Shown here: in pieces, positions 58,086 through 64,000 of the stretch | Numbering within the stretch: the first letter of the stretch is position 1 | Layout: every line of letters starts with the position of its first letter | NCBI RefSeq assembly: GCF_000281045.1 | Contig: NW_008246144.1 | Location: 177,885-241,884 of the forward strand | DNA: 64,000 nucleotides | DNA from: Saprolegnia diclina VS20 | Lineage: Eukaryota | Reading direction: 5' to 3' | Notes under the pieces: model-generated | The model's input: the letters and a program-made list of their open reading frames with translations, nothing else | What the model was told of the DNA's origin: nothing | The model's database searches: none | Translations under genes and position numbers: made by a program

Positions 58086-58403
58086 GCTGGTTCCGGTGGA
58101 CGAGCAGGAAGGTGCAGATGCGAGAATGCAGCTATTTCCATCGGGAAGCAGCGACCCAAGATGACGTCTCGGCGGGTTGAAGTTGCACTTTCCGTCAGCC
58201 GTTTCAACTCGGATGTGGCGTCGATTTTGGGATGCGGCTCGGCCTCTCCTCGGAAGATATACGAGCATGGTCGGTCCCAACGCAGCACTGCGCCGATAGC
58301 GCTTGCTGGTTCTTGGACGCTAAGAAAGCTAAGCTTAGAGGTAATCGTGTTCATCTCGCGTCGTTCACTTCGACCGCGTCTTAAATAGTGTAGCTACAGC
58401 GTA

Positions 58404-59348
58404 TCAAATCCAAATGAACGACCCGTCGACTTCGGTGCGGCTGGCGCCGAGTCGCGTGTGCTGGAACGACGCGCTCATGCGGTCGGCTTCCTTGTACCAC
58501 GACGACGCGATAAAGAAGTGCGGCTCGGCCGCCGGCGCGGCGACTGGCGCAGGGGGTAACACGGTCGTGGCTGGCGCAACGGTGGGCGACGGTCCGTCGT
58601 TGACGCTTGGCACGTCGCTAGCCGTTGTGTACTCCATGCGCGGGATAAAGATGTGGTGCGACGCACTGAGGCGGTCGGTCGCAAAGCGGTCGCGCGATAT
58701 GACCTGCGAGGACGCCAGCTTGGGCGGCTCGGGCGTCGGCGGCGTCGACGTCACCTGCGGCTTGCTTTCGTGGATGGCAGGTCGGAAAAACTGCGTCGAA
58801 GCCGACCACCAGTTGGACGACACTGCCTCTGGCTTGGGCGGGCTCGGCTCACGCGTGAAGAGGGTGCGCAGCTTGTCAAAGACGCTCGTCGAGGCGGCGA
58901 GTTCTGGCTCCGTTTCGCGCGATGGTGTCCACTCTGGCGCATCATCCACTACATCGAGGTCGGTCATGTGTCCGTTGTCGTCTTCTTCGGGCTCGACGGC
59001 CACGATCTCGGGCGAGTAGTTGGGGCTTGTCGCAGGGATCGCGTGGTATATCTTGCTCGCTGCGTAGCCCCTGTCAACAACGGCGTGAAGGCGCAGGCAC
59101 GACGCAGGCGCAGCGCGCAGGACGTCTGCGAGGGCATGCGGCGACTTGATCCACTCGACGACGGCCTCTTGGTCTGTCTCGACCGTTCGGCAGAGCACGA
59201 GCGGCAGTTCCGGCGCGACGCTCTGGAAGAGCTGGTCGAAGAAGACGAGGCCGACGTGGCCGAGGTAGGCGCCGTCGATGACCATGGGCAGCACGCTGCA
59301 GGATGCGGGGAAGGTCACGAGCACGACGCGGCCCAGCGACGCGGTCAT
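58404..59348 (-). CDS. hypothetical protein (globular N-terminus, Pro/Ser-rich tail)
   Basis: Long open frame with coding-like bias. An upstream GTAAG..CTGAC..AG suggests a 5'UTR intron, which favours ATG 59348 over 59366. Confidence 0.65.
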   Translation of the reverse strand: MTASLGRVVLVTFPASCSVLPMVIDGAYLGHVGLVFFDQLFQSVAPELPLVLCRTVETDQEAVVEWIKSPHALADVLRAAPASCLRLHAVVDRGYAASKIYHAIPATSPNYSPEIVAVEPEEDDNGHMTDLDVVDDAPEWTPSRETEPELAASTSVFDKLRTLFTREPSPPKPEAVSSNWWSASTQFFRPAIHESKPQVTSTPPTPEPPKLASSQVISRDRFATDRLSASHHIFIPRMEYTTASDVPSVNDGPSPTVAPATTVLPPAPVAAPAAEPHFFIASSWYKEADRMSASFQHTRLGASRTEVDGSFIWI

Positions 59349-60351
59349 TTGGCCTTCGCCGCCCATCGAGCACGGTCAGTTGTAGAAATAAGCCAGCTGC
59401 GCGAGACAAGCGTCGGCTTACTTGGTCGTTGTATGAGGATACAAATGCCGAGTCTATTGGACCATCACTCGTTCCAAGACCCCGGTGTCCAGGCCGAATC
59501 ATATCCATGAAAATGATCGGACCCCGGGGTATCCACTCGAGGATGAGAACGCCCAACATGTCGCTATCTTGTGATGGCGGTTCAAGCGCCGAGAACCACA
59601 AGAACGCAAGATGGCGGACGTGCCCGAAACGATGACGGTCTTTACTCCTCACTTGGTTGCGACTGAGCTATCTAGTAGCATGGCACCGGGGCTTCAGACA
59701 CGCGCGACCTTCTCGAATGTGCTCGTCTTCGGAACAAAAACCAGAAACCCGATTTTTGGCCGAGATATCGCAGTTGAAGTTCATCTTTTGTTGCCAGTGG
59801 CAATAAATATTAATACGTGCACGCACAAAGAGAGGCTTCCGTTGGTTTGGGCAATCACGTGTTGCAGTCGTGCCTCTACCCTGTAGCAAAACGTGCCGGA
59901 GCAGCGAGATTCGTCAAAATGTACATTTTACCTCGCCTACAAGTAAAAACGAATTCGCATCCTGGCATTTCAAAACGAATATTTCAAGCTCAAAGATATA
60001 TAGTTTAGCGATGCTGCGATGGTTGGGGCCAAACGCACGCCGCAAGGACGTCGGGCCAGCTTCCGTGATGGCGTGTCGCGTACACGATCGATACTTTGAT
60101 ACCTTGACACAATTTCGTACATTTCTTCATTTTTTATCGTAGCGCCATGCCGTCCCAATCAGCGCGAGCTCGCCAACATTTTGCGTTTGAAAATGAAATT
60201 GCCAAGCCTTGGCCAAGTGGTTGAGGACACTCGAGTGAGTGGTCGTGTCGAGGCATCGAGGGTGGTGAGACACGATCCTAGACGCACGCCGAACTAAGAT
60301 CGTAGTGCCATCTTAGCGGCACAACGCCAGGTCACTTGTCGACAACATCAC

Positions 60352-60749
60352 NNNNNNNNNNNNNNNNNNNNNNNNNNNNNNNNNNNNNNNNNNNNNNNNN
60401 NNNNNNNNNNNNNNNNNNNNNNNNNNNNNNNNNNNNNNNNNNNNNNNNNNNNNNNNNNNNNNNNNNNNNNNNNNNNNNNNNNNNNNNNNNNNNNNNNNNN
60501 NNNNNNNNNNNNNNNNNNNNNNNNNNNNNNNNNNNNNNNNNNNNNNNNNNNNNNNNNNNNNNNNNNNNNNNNNNNNNNNNNNNNNNNNNNNNNNNNNNNN
60601 NNNNNNNNNNNNNNNNNNNNNNNNNNNNNNNNNNNNNNNNNNNNNNNNNNNNNNNNNNNNNNNNNNNNNNNNNNNNNNNNNNNNNNNNNNNNNNNNNNNN
60701 NNNNNNNNNNNNNNNNNNNNNNNNNNNNNNNNNNNNNNNNNNNNNNNNN
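60352..60749. other. assembly gap
   Basis: N run. Confidence 0.99.
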
Positions 60750-61232
60750 ATTTCTAGAGCTGCGACGTGCGGGTCGCGCGCGCTGCTTGGTAGTCTAGTC
60801 GACGACCTTGGATGGCAATGGTTAGATATGCCGTCGCGGATTATGTAGGCTCAACGATACCAACATCGATTTCAAAGCGGTAGGGTTAGGTTTCGATGTG
60901 CGAGAAGCCACAGCATGCATCGCACCAGCCTTCCGGTACATTATGGCGGGTCTTTCGTACTCTACGGACGGCACCCGCAGCCACGGAATCGAAATGACCA
61001 AGTCGCCATCCATGCCGAGTTCGCCGCGTTGGGTGTCAAGGTGCAAAAGCTCATTCGACTAACTTTTTAGCACTTTGCCACATCACTTGCATGGATGCAA
61101 GTGGCGCCAGATGCCAGTTTGAAAGGATCATGGACCAAACCGACGCTAATGGCATTTTCGCTGGTCTGGTGACGAACTGACTCAACAATCCTCGCCACTG
61201 GAGGATGCACCTTGGTATCACAATTTTCGAAA

Positions 61233-61862
61233 AATCAAAATTTGCCATCTTGTCGTCGTTGACTTTGCACATAGATAAAGAACGCTGTGAAGAGTACAGA
61301 AAGGGAGGTTGCGTCGACGTGCGAGGCGTACAGCGGTNNNNNNNNNNNNNNNNNNNNNNNNNNNNNNNNNNNNNNNNNNNNNNNNNNNNNNNNNNNNNNN
61401 NNNNNNNNNNNNNNNNNNNNNNNNNNNNNNNNNNNNNAATCAAAATTTGCCATCTTGTCGTCGTTGACTTTGCACATAGATAAAGAACGCTGTGAAGAGT
61501 ACAGAAAGGGAGGTTGCGTCGACGTGCGAGGCATACATCGGTCGCGAGACGCGATCCAAGATGCACGCCAAACTGAGATCGTAGTGCTATCTTAGAGGCA
61601 GGACGCACTCCAAACTAAGACCGCAGCGCCATCTTAGCGGCACGACGCCACGACGCCGACGCTACTTGCCGGCAGCATCGCGCTTGAAATGGAATCGCTC
61701 GAAGTTGGCACGGTGCTAGAAGACACGTTCGAAAGCAGAGCAGACCGCGATTCGTCATCGCTGCAGTTGTACAACGCGTGCTGTGCTCGACCACGGATAC
61801 AAAGCGCTCTTAAGTGCTAAGAAGCAAAGGATCGCATTGGCACGTCGTAGTCTTCGTCTTCT
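61233..61862 (+). repeat. repeat unit copies around a 100-N gap
   Basis: 61233-61337 repeats the start of 61438-61862, which is in turn closely similar to 63571-64000. A diverged partial copy lies at about 60265-60351. Confidence 0.9.
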
Positions 61863-62154
61863 GCACTTGTGGCGGCAATCTCCCCTTCCAGTGGATCAAG
61901 ATTGCGATTCCTAGTAATATTCATGGAGTTGCGACGCCCAGCACATGCTGTGGAGCGTTTGGAAAGGCTTGTAGGCTTCCGCACTCGCAGTGATCTAGTA
62001 TCGCAACGCGTGTGATGGTATCCAAGCGTCCTCCACTCGGAGAATGTCCCATTTCGGCGCAAACGTTCAGTCGTGTAAAAACAAGTGTAAAAGCGAGCTC
62101 GACAAAGGCGAAACGCAGAGCTTTTACAAGAGAAGGATAGCAGCCTTGAGCGAT

Positions 62155-62170
62155 GCTCATTCCGCAATTT
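62155..62170 (+). promoter_or_regulatory. consensus-matching INR+FPR motif without a clear downstream gene
   Basis: GCTCATTCCGCAATTT. Confidence 0.45.
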
Positions 62171-63570
62171 GCGCTGCAGGGCCTCGGTCGCACGGCACCG
62201 CGTCGCACGGCAGGGTCGTCGCAAGCGGGCGCCCTGTCGACTATGGACGGTGAAACTCGTGTTGCCGAGGTCCTTCTTTCGCCTCGAATCCATGCGATAC
62301 AGGACGTTGGCTTGCCAGGTAAGCATATATCGCTGCGTTCTCATGCAGCAAGCGAGCTTGGGTCTGCCGCGTCGAGGATCGATGATCACCAAGCTCGATG
62401 GGTGGTATCCGGAACGTGTTGAGCGCGCCGCAGCCATCGAGCGCCTGCATTAGTACCTTGGCGTAGGTGCATACATACGCACAAAAGGCTCGCTGAGCTG
62501 TCGCATCCGTATTGGGTCGTGGTTGCTGGCGTCGATGCAGCGCTGGTCGCAGTCATCGGCGCCATAGCGGTAGAAATGCCATTGCTTCGATGTTGGGCGT
62601 CTACGTGCTGTCAGCTATATAGTCGACGCGCCGAAACAAACGTTGACAGCGACAACATCGAGCGTGCAGACGATGGCCTTGACCATGTCGCGCCCGTGGC
62701 GCCGTTTCGGAGCATCCGGATAATGATACCGGACATCATTAGCCAATCGACGATTTGCCGACAAACCAACTCAGTTGGCGCGATGTGATATGCGCTCGAG
62801 CTACCAATGAATGGGTCTTCTCTCGGCGGTCACACACAGAGGCGCACGCCTATGGTCCATGTCATACTACAACGAACCTCCAGGCGTCCGCGTAGCGCTG
62901 GCTCGCGTTAGGCACAAGGTACCACACATCTTTGACTCTATATGTGTCTCACAGAATGACTAGCATTCCGTGTTTGTCCGAGACACATGAGGTCGAGATT
63001 TTTGCGCTCTTTCCGTGCTTCTCGTGATCTCGTACCACCCGCTCGTCGCGCATGGCGCGCGTAAGGACGCCTTCGCGAGCTACGTAGTGGACATGCATGA
63101 AGGCCTGGTTCATGTTGACCTCGCAGCGTCGGCTGCGAAGGCGCTCAAGGACAATGAGATGGTGCCGCCGGTGCTTTTTTCACACTGTGCCGGGTCTCAC
63201 GGACCGCCCGCAGCAAACCTCTCACCCCGGCAAGTCGCGCTGTGGCGCCCATCGTTGCGCAGAAAAGCGTCGTACCCAAGACTCGATCCTCGCATGTGCA
63301 TCATTCTGCAAGCGCTCTCGGGCAAGAACGCTGAGAAGCAGACGATCGTCAGCTGCCTCGTCTCGACGCTTCAGGCAGGTACAGGCGCGGCGGCTACGGG
63401 CTGCCTCGGTGCGCTGATGGTCGACGGTATCGACCCTCATCTCGTCCTGCGCCAGCGACGACCTACACACNNNNNNNNNNNNNNNNNNNNNNNNNNNNNN
63501 NNNNNNNNNNNNNNNNNNNNNNNNNNNNNNNNNNNNNNNNNNNNNNNNNNNNNNNNNNNNNNNNNNNNNN

Positions 63571-64000
63571 AATCAAAATTTGCCATCTTGTCGTCGTTGA
63601 CTTTGCACATAGATAAAGAACGCTGTGAAGAGTACAGAAAGGGAGGTTGCGTCGACGTGCGAGGCGTACAGCGGTCGCGAGACGCGATCCAAGATGCACG
63701 CCAAATTGAGATCGTAAATTTAGTGCTATCTTAGAGGCATGACACTCCAAACTAAGACCGTAGCGCCATCTTAGCGGCAGGACGCCGCGACGCCGACGCT
63801 ACTTGCCGGCAGCATCACGCTTGAAGTGGAATCGCTCGAAGTTGGCACGGTGCTAGAAGACACTTTGGAGAGCAGAGCAGACCGCGATTCGTCATCGCTG
63901 CAGGCCTACAACGCGTGCAATGCTCGACCACAGATACAAAGCGCTCTAAAAGTGTTAAGAAGCAAAGGACCGCATTGGCACGTCGTAGTCTTCGTCTTCT
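63571..64000 (+). repeat. second copy of the 61438-61862 repeat, after a 100-N gap (63471-63570)
   Basis: Direct sequence match with scattered substitutions and small indels. Confidence 0.9.

Noticed and set aside
56628..58388. 586-aa antisense ORF over Amt (and similar ones at 18522-19955, 43090-44418, 35447-36571)
   Set aside because: Shadow ORFs caused by high third-position GC in the real genes; no recognisable motifs.
63015..63470. Open frame before the last gap
   Set aside because: No ATG context or recognisable domain, and truncated by Ns; not called as a gene.
61233..64000. CRISPR-like or regular array
   Set aside because: Eukaryotic context, no constant repeat with unique spacers, no cas genes; copies sit against assembly gaps.

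Overview
This is gene-dense eukaryotic genomic DNA with GC-rich coding regions, very short (about 40-55 nt) GT-AG introns and oomycete-type INR/FPR core promoters. It is almost certainly an oomycete, and the style suggests Saprolegniaceae (inference). About 30 protein-coding genes can be reconstructed. Transporters: six paralogous OFA-like MFS genes (two form a near-identical inverted pair around an HPS3/BLOC-2-like gene), four tandem AAAP amino-acid permeases and an Amt ammonium transporter. Other genes: a PH + EF-hand + family I pyrophosphatase fusion, an HA-repeat protein, a fungal-looking alpha/beta hydrolase, three tandem ankyrin genes, PX-like/RING, RCC1-repeat, SpoU methyltransferase, ankyrin-FYVE, Vti1-like SNARE and CABLES-like genes. 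The most notable item is absent from the ORF track: a 4-exon, 84-aa gene at 53831-54215 that translates to a clear GTP cyclohydrolase I feedback regulatory protein (GFRP/GCHFR) homolog. This suggests animal-type phenylalanine/tetrahydrobiopterin feedback control in an oomycete. Both ends of the window are gene-poor, gapped and repetitive. All homology calls come from motif recognition by eye, not database searches.
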